From positions 320,001 to 384,000 of the forward strand of contig CBDIIB010000005.1 of assembly GCA_965279525.1 (NCBI GenBank): DNA of 64,000 bases, read 5' to 3'. The notes beneath the pieces were generated by a model. That model ran no database searches. It was not told the origin of the DNA and was given only the letters and a program-made list of their open reading frames with translations. The DNA comes from Tagaea sp. GTDB lineage: Bacteria; Pseudomonadota; Alphaproteobacteria; CACIAM-22H2. Below, in pieces: positions 19,374 through 29,053 of this stretch; the first letter of the stretch is position 1; each line of letters opens with the position of its first letter. A program made the position numbers and the translations under genes.

Positions 19374-20627
19374 TCAGAACCAGCCGGAATAGCGGGTCGG
19401 CGAATAGGGCTTGAGATCGATCGCCGGCGCCCGGCCGGCAACCAGATCGGCGACGATCCCGGCCGTCGTGGCGGCAAGCGTGAGCCCGAGATGTGCGTGG
19501 CCGAAGGCGAGGATCGCGCGCTGGCTTGCGGGTGCTGCACCGATCACCGGCAGGCCGTCTGGAAGCGATGGCCGAAACCCCATCCAATAGGTCGGGTCGC
19601 GCACGTCCAGTTCCGGCAGAAGTCGTCGCGCATTCGCCACAAGTTGCTCGGCCCGCGCATAGTTCGGCGGCGCTTCCATTCCGGCCAATTCGACCGTTCC
19701 GGCAAGGCGCAGGCCGCCCGACATCGTGGTCAGCGCGTACTTGCCTTCGCCGTCGATCATCTGGGCCGGAAGCTCCAGCCCCGGTGCCGGCAGCATCGCG
19801 TGATAGCCGCGTTCCACATCGAGCGGCACGCGCGCACCCAGTTTGGCGGCAAATGGCCGGGAATGGGCGCCAGCGGCGAGCACGAAATGCCCGGCCCGCC
19901 ACGAAGCCCCCGACGTGCGGAAAGCAACGCCGTCGGCATCGGCGGCAAGATCGTCGATCGCTTCGCGCACTATGCGGCCGCCTTTGGATTCGAGCGCCGT
20001 CGCCAACCCGTCGCACAGAGCACCGGGATCGACGACATGTCCTGCACCCGGCGAGAAGACGCCGTAGCGGTACGTCGAAGACAGCATCGGCGCGAAGTTG
20101 CGCAGCCATGCGCCATCGACCTCCTCCATCGCCACGCCGCGCTTGCGCCGCAGTGCGTGTGCCGCTTCGGCACCCGCCCGGCTGCCGGCACTGGCGTAGG
20201 CATAGAGGATTCCCTGCCGGCGCAGCAGATGGCCCACACCCGTGCGGGCGGCAAAATCCTGCCAGACCTCGTACGAGGTCAGCGTCAGGGCCGCGAGCGC
20301 CTTCGAGATCGCCTCCACCCGGTGCGGCAAGGCCGCATGCGCGAAGCCGAGCAGCCAGGGAACGAGCCGTGGCAGATAGGCGGGCCGGATCGCGAGCGGG
20401 GACAGCGGATCGGCCAGCATGCGCGGCAGGGCACGGATCGTCGAGGGCATCGCCGTCGGCGCCACCCAGCCGGGCGTGATGCCGCCGGCATTGCCGAAGG
20501 ATGCGGCGCGCCCCGGAGCCGGATCGAAGAGCGTCACCTCGCGGCCGGCCTCGGCGAGTGCAAAGGCGCTGGCAAGCCCGATCGCACCGCCGCCCAGCAC
20601 CGCGACATCGAGGCGACGGATGCTCAC
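19374..20627 (-). CDS. FAD-dependent D-amino acid dehydrogenase (DadA-like)
   Basis: GGGAIG, ASFGNAG, WMGFRPSLPDGLPVIG and GHAHLGLT motifs. Confidence 0.88.
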   Translation of the reverse strand: MSIRRLDVAVLGGGAIGLASAFALAEAGREVTLFDPAPGRAASFGNAGGITPGWVAPTAMPSTIRALPRMLADPLSPLAIRPAYLPRLVPWLLGFAHAALPHRVEAISKALAALTLTSYEVWQDFAARTGVGHLLRRQGILYAYASAGSRAGAEAAHALRRKRGVAMEEVDGAWLRNFAPMLSSTYRYGVFSPGAGHVVDPGALCDGLATALESKGGRIVREAIDDLAADADGVAFRTSGASWRAGHFVLAAGAHSRPFAAKLGARVPLDVERGYHAMLPAPGLELPAQMIDGEGKYALTTMSGGLRLAGTVELAGMEAPPNYARAEQLVANARRLLPELDVRDPTYWMGFRPSLPDGLPVIGAAPASQRAILAFGHAHLGLTLAATTAGIVADLVAGRAPAIDLKPYSPTRYSGWF

Positions 20628-21538
20628 TTGAAGCGGCCCATCCGCACCTCGAGCCGGGCGAACTGGCGCGAGAGCGCGAAGCAGAGGGCGAAATAGAGAA
20701 GTGCGACGATCGTCCATGCCTCGAAGACGCGCGTCGTCGTCGCGGCGACCTCGTTGCCCATGAATGTCAGGTCCTGGATCGAGATCAGCGAGACGATCGA
20801 CGAATCCTTGATCAGCGATATGAACTGGCCGGCGAGCGGCGGGATCGTGCGCTGGATCGCCTGCGGCAGGATGACGAGGCGCAGCGTCTTGCCGCGCGTC
20901 AGCCCGAGCGATCTGGACGCTTCCCACTGCCCCTTGTCGATCGATTCGATTCCCCCACGCACGATCTCGGTCACATAGGCGCCTTCGAACAGCGCAAGGC
21001 ACAGGACGGCGGACAGGAGCGCGGGAAGGAACTGCGGCGGCCCCAGCAGCAGGTCGACGGCGGCGCGCGCCTCGGGCGATGCCGTGCGCACCCAGACATC
21101 GACCCCGAGCAGGGGCACGATCTGGCTGGTCAGGAAGAAATAGAACACGAAGATGAAGACGAGCGGCGGCACGTTGCGGATCAGCTCGACATAGCTGCGC
21201 GCGACGAGGTTGAGGAAAAGCGAGTTCGAGACCCGCGCGATCCCCATCAGGCCGCCGAATATGGCGGCAAGCAGGCCCGCCCAGACGGAAATGCGGATCG
21301 TGGTCCACAGGCCCTTGAGGATCAGGTTCGGAACCCAGGAATCCTGCACGGCGTCGTAGCGGATGACGAAGCCCCACACGGGGGCCCAGTTCCAGTCGTA
21401 ACGCAGAACGGTCTGCGCCCGCCATATGACGTACGCGATCGTCGCGAGCAGGACAGCGACGATGACGGCATCGATCGGCCCGAGCCGCCGCCTGCGTGGC
21501 GCAGGCGGCGGGCCGGAGGCTTGCAGTGCCGACGTCAC
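20624..21538 (-). CDS. Polar amino acid ABC transporter permease
   Basis: YVELIRNVP, GQWEASRSLG and ISLIKDSSI motifs. Confidence 0.9.
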   Translation of the reverse strand: MTSALQASGPPPAPRRRRLGPIDAVIVAVLLATIAYVIWRAQTVLRYDWNWAPVWGFVIRYDAVQDSWVPNLILKGLWTTIRISVWAGLLAAIFGGLMGIARVSNSLFLNLVARSYVELIRNVPPLVFIFVFYFFLTSQIVPLLGVDVWVRTASPEARAAVDLLLGPPQFLPALLSAVLCLALFEGAYVTEIVRGGIESIDKGQWEASRSLGLTRGKTLRLVILPQAIQRTIPPLAGQFISLIKDSSIVSLISIQDLTFMGNEVAATTTRVFEAWTIVALLYFALCFALSRQFARLEVRMGRFK

Positions 21539-22368
21539 TAGGGCTGCTGGTCCTTCCACTCGCGGGCCTTGAACCAGTAGGCCTGCCGCTCGGCGAGCCA
21601 GCCGTCGATCGTCCGGTTCTGGATCCAGTTGTTGAGGAAGTTGAGCGCGTCCGGATCGCCCTTGCGCACGGCCATCGCGTCGGCCTGGCCGACGAGCGGC
21701 TCGGCGAACGGACGGAACAGCGCGTTCGGGTTGTCGAGCGTCGCGAACGCCGGCTTGGGCACCGTGCTGACCCAGGCGTGCGCGCGGTCGTTGGTGACCT
21801 CGAGCAGTGCGGGCGCGTCGTCATCGAACAGGCGCAGCGTCGCTTTCGGGAACAGGCGCTGGGCCGTCGTCGCGGCCGACGTGCCGCGCCGCGCGGACAG
21901 CGTGACGGTCGGCTTGTCGAAATCCGCGACCGTCTTGAAGGCGCCGGCGAGCTTCTTGCTGGCGACGACGTCGACGCCGGTTGCCGAGTAGGGTGCCGTG
22001 AAGTTGACGGTCAGGTTGCGCGCCGGCGTGATCGTCATGCCGCCGATGATGAAGTCGAACTGGCCGGCGAGCAGGGCGGGAATGATGCCGTCCCAGGCCG
22101 TCGGCACGAACTCGGGCTTCACGCCCATGTCCTCGGCGAGCTTCTTGGCGACATCGACTTCGTAGCCGATGAGCTCGCCCGACTTGCTGCGGAAGGCCCA
22201 CGGCACGAACGTCGAAAGGCCGACGCGCAGCGTGCCGCGCTTCTTGATTTCCTCGATGGCGCTCGTCGCCGACAGGGCCGCGCGCGCGTCCTGCGCCACG
22301 GCCGCGTAGGGTGCGAGCAGGACCGTCGCGGCAAATGCCGCGAGAGCCAGTTTCTTGAGTCCGAACAT
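21538..22368 (-). CDS. Polar amino acid ABC transporter substrate-binding protein
   Basis: Signal peptide; WDGIIPALLAGQFD motif. Confidence 0.9.
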   Translation of the reverse strand: MFGLKKLALAAFAATVLLAPYAAVAQDARAALSATSAIEEIKKRGTLRVGLSTFVPWAFRSKSGELIGYEVDVAKKLAEDMGVKPEFVPTAWDGIIPALLAGQFDFIIGGMTITPARNLTVNFTAPYSATGVDVVASKKLAGAFKTVADFDKPTVTLSARRGTSAATTAQRLFPKATLRLFDDDAPALLEVTNDRAHAWVSTVPKPAFATLDNPNALFRPFAEPLVGQADAMAVRKGDPDALNFLNNWIQNRTIDGWLAERQAYWFKAREWKDQQP

Positions 22369-22393
22369 GTAGCCTCCTTCTTCTTGCGTTGGT

Positions 22394-23206
22394 TCAGTTC
22401 TTGAGTCGTCTCTCGAGTACGCCGACAGCCGCGGACATCGTCCCGGTCACGACCAGATAGACGGCGGCGACGGCAAGCCAGATCTCGAATGTCAGGAACG
22501 TGTCGGCGATGACGTTGCGCCCCTCGTTCGTCAGGTCGAACACGGCGATCACGCTGACGATCGCCGAGTGCTTGACCAGCGACACGGAAAGTCCCGTCAG
22601 CGGCGGCAGCACCAGCCGCAGCGCCTGCGGCAGCACGATGTTGCGATAGAGCCGCGCCGTCGTGAGGCCGAGACTGCGGCCGGCTTCCCACTGGCCCTTC
22701 GGCACGGCTTCGATCCCGGCGCGGAAGATCTCGGCCGCGAAGGCCCCTTCGAAGACCGCCAGGCACAGCACGCCGGTCCAGTAGCGGTCGATGCCCAGGA
22801 TCGGCGACAGGACGAAATAGAACAGATAGAGCTGCACGAGCAGCGGCGTGTTGCGGATCGCCTCGACATAGATGCGCACCAGCGCCCCGCCGACGAGCGA
22901 ACCCGACTGGCGCAGGATCGCCGCGACCAGGCCGAAGACCACCGTGAGCACGAGTGCGAGCGCGCTGATCTCCAGCGTGACGAGAAGCCCTTTGGCGAGA
23001 GGCCCCAGATAGATCTCGCCGTCGATCTCGCGGAAGAAATATCGCGGCACGCGGTACCACTGCCAGTTATAGCCCATGCGGCCGGCGCCATAGACCGTCG
23101 CCCAGACGATCAGGCCGGCAAAAAGGCCGAACTGGACGAGATCGGAAAGGCGGCGCCAGGCGAACGGTGCCTTTGGCGGTCCTTGCATGTTGTCGACTGC
23201 GTTCAT
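22394..23206 (-). CDS. Polar amino acid ABC transporter permease
   Basis: IRNTPLLVQLY and GQWEAGRSLG motifs. Confidence 0.9.
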   Translation of the reverse strand: MNAVDNMQGPPKAPFAWRRLSDLVQFGLFAGLIVWATVYGAGRMGYNWQWYRVPRYFFREIDGEIYLGPLAKGLLVTLEISALALVLTVVFGLVAAILRQSGSLVGGALVRIYVEAIRNTPLLVQLYLFYFVLSPILGIDRYWTGVLCLAVFEGAFAAEIFRAGIEAVPKGQWEAGRSLGLTTARLYRNIVLPQALRLVLPPLTGLSVSLVKHSAIVSVIAVFDLTNEGRNVIADTFLTFEIWLAVAAVYLVVTGTMSAAVGVLERRLKN

Positions 23207-23510
23207 CGCGTTCCGTTCGTCGGCATTCCGGCGAGCACGCCTCTCGTCCGCGCGAAATGCCCGGCGATGTTAACAGCGCACGCAAGAAACCTGCCATGCG
23301 TTCGAGCATGTCGGGGCGATGCAAACGTCTTCATGCGCGCCACAGCCGTGCTCATGCGCGCGCCCGGCGGACGCCCTGCACGAACACGGCACGGGTGGGG
23401 AAAATGGCCATCCCATCAGATGCTTGCCCCGGCCGACAGCGTGCTATCGTGCGATGGCATGCCGATTGATAGGCTGGCACCGCAAACGAATGGAAAGGAC
23501 GACGGATCGA

Positions 23511-23927
23511 ATGGAAAAGCTGCGCATCACCGCCGGACCGTTCGTCTTCGCCGGCCGCTTCGAGACGCAAGCGGCACCGAAGACCTGTGCCGTCTTCCGC
23601 AAGCTGCTGCCCTACCGGGAGCGCATCATCCATGTGCGCTGGAGCGGCGAAGGCTGCTGGGTGCCGCTGGGCGAGCTCGATCTGGGTCTCGGATACGAGA
23701 ACCACACGAGCCATCCGGCACCCGGCCAGATCATCGTCTATCCCGGCGGCATCAGCGAGACCGAGATCCTGCTTGCTTACGGTGCCGTGAGCTTCGCCAG
23801 CAAAGTCGGCCAGCTTGCCGGCAACCACTTCATCACGCTGACCGAAGGCCTCGAGAATCTCCCCGCACTCGGCAAGATGGTGCTGTGGAAGGGCGCGCAG
23901 GACATCGTCTTCGAACTCGTCCCGTAG
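23511..23927 (+). CDS. DUF3830-family (cyclophilin-like) protein
   Basis: APKTC...IIHVRWSGE...ENHTSHP.PG..SETEIL pattern. Confidence 0.8.
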   Translation: MEKLRITAGPFVFAGRFETQAAPKTCAVFRKLLPYRERIIHVRWSGEGCWVPLGELDLGLGYENHTSHPAPGQIIVYPGGISETEILLAYGAVSFASKVGQLAGNHFITLTEGLENLPALGKMVLWKGAQDIVFELVP

Positions 23928-23931
23928 GCAT

Positions 23932-24543
23932 ATGATTGACCGCCATCTGCTGCCGCTCCAGCGCCGCGTGTTGGCGCCTGCCGCCCGATGGCTTGCCGCC
24001 GTCGGCGTGTCGGCCAACACGGTCACCTTCGCCGGCTTCGCGATCGGCATGGCGGCGGTCCCGCTGATCTCGTCGGGCCAGTTCGGTGCCGGCCTTGCCG
24101 CAATCCTCGCGAACAGGCTTCTCGACGGTCTCGATGGTGCCATCGCGCGTATCGAGGGTGCGACCGACCGCGGCGCCTTCCTCGATATCGCACTCGACTT
24201 CTTCTTTTACGCGAGCGTCCCGCTCGCTTTCGCGCTTGCCGATCCGCCAGCCAACGCGCTTGCGGCGACCGCCCTGGTCGTCGCGTTCGTCGGCACGGGC
24301 AGCAGCTTCCTTGCTTTCGCGGCGATCGCGGCCAAGCGGGGAATCGAGGCGTCCGAATTTCCGGACAAGGGGATCCATTATCTCGGCGGTCTTACCGAAG
24401 GTGCCGAGACGATCGCCTTCTTTGCCGCGTCCTGCCTGTGGCCAGCCCTGTTCCCGACGTTCGCGTGGATCTTCGCGGCCGCCTGCCTGATGACGACCGT
24501 CGTGCGCTGGCATGCGGGCTGGCGCGCGTTTGCCGACAGGTAG
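23932..24543 (+). CDS. CDP-alcohol phosphatidyltransferase family protein (YnjF-like)
   Basis: DGLDGAIAR...GAFLD signature. Confidence 0.85.
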   Translation: MIDRHLLPLQRRVLAPAARWLAAVGVSANTVTFAGFAIGMAAVPLISSGQFGAGLAAILANRLLDGLDGAIARIEGATDRGAFLDIALDFFFYASVPLAFALADPPANALAATALVVAFVGTGSSFLAFAAIAAKRGIEASEFPDKGIHYLGGLTEGAETIAFFAASCLWPALFPTFAWIFAAACLMTTVVRWHAGWRAFADR

Positions 24544-24552
24544 CCTGCCGGA

Positions 24553-25611
24553 CTACCGGCAAGCCGGATAGACCTGCTCGCGGCGTGTTCCGCGACGGAA
24601 CTGGTCAAACAGCAGCTCCGTCGCATGGCGCGTCTGCGCGCGATACTGGCCGAACTTGAAATACTGGCGTTCGCCCGCCCGCGCGCGGTGGCCGATGTTG
24701 CCTTCGACCGCGACGACGTCGCTGCCGTTCGCCCAGACCTGCACGAGCCCGGTGCCGTCGCGCCCGGCGCGGACGCGCAGCGTCATATCCACCCAGTCGC
24801 GCCGCGGATCAGGCAGGACCGGCGTCGAGCCGGGCACGATCCGCAGCCTGGTTCCGTCCGCCGCAGCCGGATTGTCGATCACGTAGCTGAATTCGACGAA
24901 ACGGTCAGCGGATGTTTCGCCTGCAAGCCGCCGGAACAGGTCCGATCGCGCCTCGAGCTGCCGGCTGATCTGCGCGAATGTCAGCCGCAGCATCCGTCCG
25001 GCCAGGACGATCTGGCGCGCAATGTCGATCTCGACTGGCGAAAGTCCGCCGAGCTCCGCACGGTAGGTCTTGATCTGGTCGATCGTGTGCTGGGCCGAGG
25101 CGACGGTGAAACGCTCCTTGTCGTCCTGGACGGTGATGTGGAACACGCCATCGTCGAAGCGCAGTGCCAGGAACGGGCTTTCGTCGGACTGTTCCTTGAA
25201 CTGCGCGAGGATCCAGCGCGTGCTCAGCCCGTCTTCGGGATACTCGCCGCGGACCCGGAAGCTGAAGCCGTACCAGGCCTCGTCGCCGAACCGCAGCCAG
25301 TGCCCCGGACGCTCGCGGAATTCGGCGCGCTGGCAGAGTTCGCCGCCGCCACAGTTCGACCCGCCGGTCGTCCCGTCGATCCGGATCGCGACGGCGCTGT
25401 CGTTGCCGCAGCGGCCGGGTGACACGAAAGCGTACGCGTCGCGGCGGATATCCTTGAGGTCCCACAGGTCGGACCGGATTTCCGGCCGGTCGAACCCGTC
25501 GGAAAGCGTCGTGTCGGCAAAGGCCGGCAGCACGAAAACCGCCAGGACAGCGGCACGGACCGACGCGCGGATAAGGGCCGCCCGCAGGTTCGCGCATCGC
25601 GTTGGAAGCAT
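24553..25611 (-). CDS. Secreted polysaccharide-lyase-like (heparinase I-type jelly-roll) protein
   Basis: Signal peptide; QRAE, WYGFSF, ILAQFK and YFKFGQYR motifs. Confidence 0.6.
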   Translation of the reverse strand: MLPTRCANLRAALIRASVRAAVLAVFVLPAFADTTLSDGFDRPEIRSDLWDLKDIRRDAYAFVSPGRCGNDSAVAIRIDGTTGGSNCGGGELCQRAEFRERPGHWLRFGDEAWYGFSFRVRGEYPEDGLSTRWILAQFKEQSDESPFLALRFDDGVFHITVQDDKERFTVASAQHTIDQIKTYRAELGGLSPVEIDIARQIVLAGRMLRLTFAQISRQLEARSDLFRRLAGETSADRFVEFSYVIDNPAAADGTRLRIVPGSTPVLPDPRRDWVDMTLRVRAGRDGTGLVQVWANGSDVVAVEGNIGHRARAGERQYFKFGQYRAQTRHATELLFDQFRRGTRREQVYPACR

Positions 25612-25632
25612 TGCCGGAAGCCTGGGTTCGGA

Positions 25633-25707
25633 TGGTGGGCGCTACAGGGATTGAACCTGTGACCCCTACCATGTCAAGGTAGTGCTCTCCCGCTGAGCTA
25701 AGCGCCC
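25633..25707 (-). tRNA. tRNA-Val(GAC)
   Basis: Reverse complement GGGCGCTTAGCTCAGCGGGAGAGCACTACCTTGACATGGTAGGGGTCACAGGTTCAATCCCTGTAGCGCCCACCA; cloverleaf, GAC anticodon, encoded CCA. Confidence 0.97.
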
Positions 25708-25782
25708 ATCCGAACCCGGGAAGGCGCGGAATATACCGATCCGCCCCCGTTTGGCAAGCCCACGAAGCAGATATTTCCCAGA

Positions 25783-26676
25783 ATGACCGCCTTGCTTGCC
25801 GTCCGTCCCGCGCCGAGCCTGCCCTACAGGATCGTCGAGCCGACCGTCCCGCGCGTTCCGCTGATCTTTTCCTCGCCCCATTCCGGCTCGGACTATCCGG
25901 CCGAATTCGTCGCCGGCGCGCGGCTTGATCCGCTCTCGCTGCGCCGGTCCGAGGACGCGTTCGTCGACGAACTGTTCGATGCCACCCCCGCCCACGGCGC
26001 ACCGCTGATAAAAGCGCTCTTTCCCCGCGCCTATGTCGACGTCAACCGGGAGGCCTGGGAACTGGACCCCGCGATGTTCGACGGGCCGCTGCCGGCTTAC
26101 GTCAACATCGCGTCGCCGCGCGTGGGTGCCGGGCTCGGGACCGTGGCGCGCGTCGTCTCCAACGGTGCCGAAATCTACCGCGACAAGCTTTCGTTCGACG
26201 CGACGCGCGTGCGCATCGAATTGCACTACATGCCCTATCACGCCGCACTTGAAGGGCTGGTCGCCGACAGCGTGGAACGCCAGGGGCGCGCCCTGCTCGT
26301 CGACTGCCATTCGATGCCCTCGGTCGGCGGTCCGATGGATCGCGATCCCGGCCGCCGGCGCCTGGATTTCGTGCTCGGCGACTGCTTCGGCGCCGCCTGC
26401 GCGCCGGTGGTGACAGAAACGGCAGAGGCGGTGCTGAAGCGAATGGGATATGCCGTCGGGCGCAACGATCCCTACGCCGGCGGGTTCATCACGCGTCACT
26501 ACGGCGTTCCCCGCCGCGGCCGGCATGCACTCCAGATCGAGATCAACCGCCAGCTCTACATGGACGAGACGGCCATCGCGCGCGCGGCGGGCTTCCAGTC
26601 GCTGCGCGCCGACCTCGTCAAGCTCGTCGCCGCACTTGCCAAACTCGCCCCTTCCCTTCCCGGTGTCCACGCATGA
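25783..26676 (+). CDS. N-formylglutamate amidohydrolase family
   Basis: SSPHSG, RAYVDVNR, DCHSMPS and HALQIEINR motifs. Confidence 0.9.
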   Translation: MTALLAVRPAPSLPYRIVEPTVPRVPLIFSSPHSGSDYPAEFVAGARLDPLSLRRSEDAFVDELFDATPAHGAPLIKALFPRAYVDVNREAWELDPAMFDGPLPAYVNIASPRVGAGLGTVARVVSNGAEIYRDKLSFDATRVRIELHYMPYHAALEGLVADSVERQGRALLVDCHSMPSVGGPMDRDPGRRRLDFVLGDCFGAACAPVVTETAEAVLKRMGYAVGRNDPYAGGFITRHYGVPRRGRHALQIEINRQLYMDETAIARAAGFQSLRADLVKLVAALAKLAPSLPGVHA

Positions 26677-27221
26677 GTTCTTCCGTCAATGTCCTGGTTC
26701 CGCGCGACAGCGTCGAGGCCGACATCCCCGCCATCCAGGCGATCTACGCCCATCACGTGGCCAATGGCTTCGGAAGCTTCGAGGAAATCCCGCCGGATGC
26801 AGCCGAACTTGCCCAGCGCCGCCGCGCGATCCTCGACAAGGGCCTGCCCTACATCGCGGTCGACATCGACGGGAAACTTGCCGGTTACGCCTATGCCGGC
26901 CCCTTCCGGCCGCGGTCGGCCTATCGCTTCTCGGTCGAAGACTCGATCTATGTCGCACCCGGCCTCGCCGGTCGCGGCCTCGGTCGGGCACTGCTTTCGG
27001 CGCTGATCGAGCGCACGACCGCCTGGGGGGCGCGGCAGATGATCGCCGTGATCGGCGATAGCGCCAATGCCGGTTCGATCGGCTTGCATGCCAGCCTCGG
27101 TTTCCGCATGGTTGGGACGTTCCGTTCGATCGGGTTCAAGCACGCGCGCTGGGTCGACAGCGTGATGATGCAGCTGGCCCTGGGCGACGGCGACACGAAC
27201 GATCCGCCGGGGGGCCGATGA
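26673..27221 (+). CDS. GNAT N-acetyltransferase (phosphinothricin acetyltransferase/YncA-like)
   Basis: RSAYRFSVEDSIYV, GRGLGRALL and GFKHARWVD motifs. Confidence 0.9.
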   Translation: MSSSVNVLVPRDSVEADIPAIQAIYAHHVANGFGSFEEIPPDAAELAQRRRAILDKGLPYIAVDIDGKLAGYAYAGPFRPRSAYRFSVEDSIYVAPGLAGRGLGRALLSALIERTTAWGARQMIAVIGDSANAGSIGLHASLGFRMVGTFRSIGFKHARWVDSVMMQLALGDGDTNDPPGGR

Positions 27222-27883
27222 GCCAGACAGGAACAGCACGCCTCGAAGAGGCGCTGAATCTCCACAAGGCGGGCAAGCTCGCGGCGGCCGAAGCGGTCTA
27301 TGCCGCGATCCTTGCCGACAATCCGGACGATCTCGACGCGCTCAATCTCGGCGGACTTGCCCTGCATGCGCTCGGCAAGCGCGAACAGGCGGCCCAGCGC
27401 TTCGCGCGCGCCATCGCGATCTTCCCCGACTTCGCCGACGCGCATGCCAACCTCGGCGCCGTCCAGCGGACCGAGAACCGCCTCGACGACGCCGCCGTCA
27501 GCTTCGCGCGCGCCATCGAGATCGATCCCGCACACGGGTTCGCGGCGAACAATCTGGGCCTCGTGCGGCTGGCGCAGGGATCGTTTTTCGAGGCGATCGG
27601 GCGGTTTGCCCAGGCGCGCGCCCTGATGCCGGGGCAGCCCGAGATCGTGATCAATCTTTCGATCGCGTACATGTCGATGGGCGATTTCGTGACCGCACTC
27701 AAGGAACTCGACGTGCTCGTCGAGGCGGCCCCGAAGGACAAGCGGGCCCATTTCGGGCGCGGTGCCGCCCTGCTGGCGCTCGGCCAGAAGGCCGACGCGG
27801 TCGCGGCCCTGGAAAAGGCGCTGGCGCTCGATCCCGACTATGCCGACGCGCGCGCCAAGCTCGACGAGGCGAAGCGCGCCTAG
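27218..27883 (+). CDS. Tetratricopeptide repeat protein
   Basis: Repeated AIAIFPDFADAHANLG-type TPR units. Confidence 0.85.
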   Translation: MSQTGTARLEEALNLHKAGKLAAAEAVYAAILADNPDDLDALNLGGLALHALGKREQAAQRFARAIAIFPDFADAHANLGAVQRTENRLDDAAVSFARAIEIDPAHGFAANNLGLVRLAQGSFFEAIGRFAQARALMPGQPEIVINLSIAYMSMGDFVTALKELDVLVEAAPKDKRAHFGRGAALLALGQKADAVAALEKALALDPDYADARAKLDEAKRA

Positions 27884-27912
27884 CACTGCGATTTTCCGTC
27901 GAGGAGTTGCGG

Positions 27913-28416
27913 ATGTTTGCGCTGAAAAAGGCATCACCGGTTCCGCTCGACGCGATCCCGAGCGAGACGCTCAACGAACTGCTCGGCTTCTGGCGGCGCA
28001 AGTGCGGCAACGACCCGCTTCCGCGGCTCGGAAACATCAACCCGACCGAGGTCCAGAAGCTCCTGCCCCGGATGCATCTCCTGGCAGTCGAAGGGCCGGG
28101 AGTTTTCCGATACAGCATCTATGGATCCGGCGTCACGAATCCGGACCGGCTCGACATGACTGGCCGGACGACGCTCGACTACATCGACAAGGAATTTTCC
28201 CGGCTCGTCACGGCGCATATCGACGAGGCCGTACGGCTCGCGATGCCGAGCTGCTACCACATCGAGGCGGAGACCGACGCAAAGCCGTACGTCTATATCC
28301 GTCTCAGCCTGCCGATCGGCCAAGCCGGCAAGGTCAGTCACGTCCTCGTCGGAACCCAACGCATCGAGGTTGATCCTTCGGTGGACCGCAATGTGGACGG
28401 TACGCGGCTGGCATGA
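27913..28416 (+). CDS. PAS-domain (PAS_5-type) protein
   Basis: LLGFWRRK...LP....INP....LLP..FRY..G pattern. Confidence 0.7.
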   Translation: MFALKKASPVPLDAIPSETLNELLGFWRRKCGNDPLPRLGNINPTEVQKLLPRMHLLAVEGPGVFRYSIYGSGVTNPDRLDMTGRTTLDYIDKEFSRLVTAHIDEAVRLAMPSCYHIEAETDAKPYVYIRLSLPIGQAGKVSHVLVGTQRIEVDPSVDRNVDGTRLA

Positions 28417-28467
28417 CCGACGCGGCGGATTTGGATCCGGCGAACGATGGCCGGACGCCGGCATCCG

Positions 28468-28572
28468 GACAAAAAGAAAGGGCCGCGCCCGAAGGCACGG
28501 CCCAAGTTTAGGGAGGAAACGCCCACGAAACGGCCCGGAGGCCATTTCGAGCTGCGACAAATCAATGTCGCA
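28468..28572. repeat. Left att direct repeat (displaced sRNA copy, separated from native promoter)
   Basis: Identical to 38843-38947 (GACAAAAAGAAAGGGCCGCG...AAATCAATGTCGCA). Confidence 0.95.
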
Positions 28573-28663
28573 TTTTCCCAATAACTTGAGGTGCCTACGC
28601 TGGAATGGACGGAGACTAGTAGCAATGGCTACTGGCATCAAGCCTCTCAGTTCCGTGCGCCCG

Positions 28664-28682
28664 GTGTGACATGGGTGTGACA
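28664..28682. repeat. Putative integrase arm-type sites (GTGTGACA x2, 11-bp period)
   Basis: GTGTGACA at 28664 and 28675; same motif and spacing at the other island end (38796, 38807). Confidence 0.6.
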
Positions 28683-29053
28683 GGTCGCGACTAATAGTTC
28701 GGAAGGTTGCCAGAGAGGGGGGTGGACTAGGGCCATGCCGGGGGTGGGGGTAGTGCATATACGCGCTCGTGTGAAAATTCCTGACAGGAGTTGGCAACCA
28801 CCTCGACCAATCCGGATCGACCGATTGGATCCCACGAACAAAGAGCTAGCTCAGGAAATCTGGACAGCGGGATCTGCAGCATATCTGCCTGACGGTAGCC
28901 AATCTCCGCTATTGCAGGCACTCGACGCTCGGCTATGAGAGCCTGATAGCCTTCGAGGCGAAGATGCGGGTAGCTTAACTACGTGTCCACGGAACTCGGG
29001 GCATGCCAGATTATTATTGATTTGCATCGACGCCTTGACGTTAGTTTGTAGTT

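Noticed and set aside
17483-21824. Apparent long fusions in the ORF track (685-aa SoxB, 816-aa DadA; also 668-aa MlaF and 590-aa MeaB elsewhere)
   Set aside because: The N-terminal extensions overlap other real genes in different frames; true starts lie downstream with stop/start coupling.
25633-25707. tRNA-Val as the island integration site
   Set aside because: No second copy of its 3' end was found in the window; the island's repeats lie at 28468 and 38843.
28735-28938. 67-aa ORF at the island's left end
   Set aside because: Starts inside the G-run tract, with no clear RBS or recognisable motif; not supportable.
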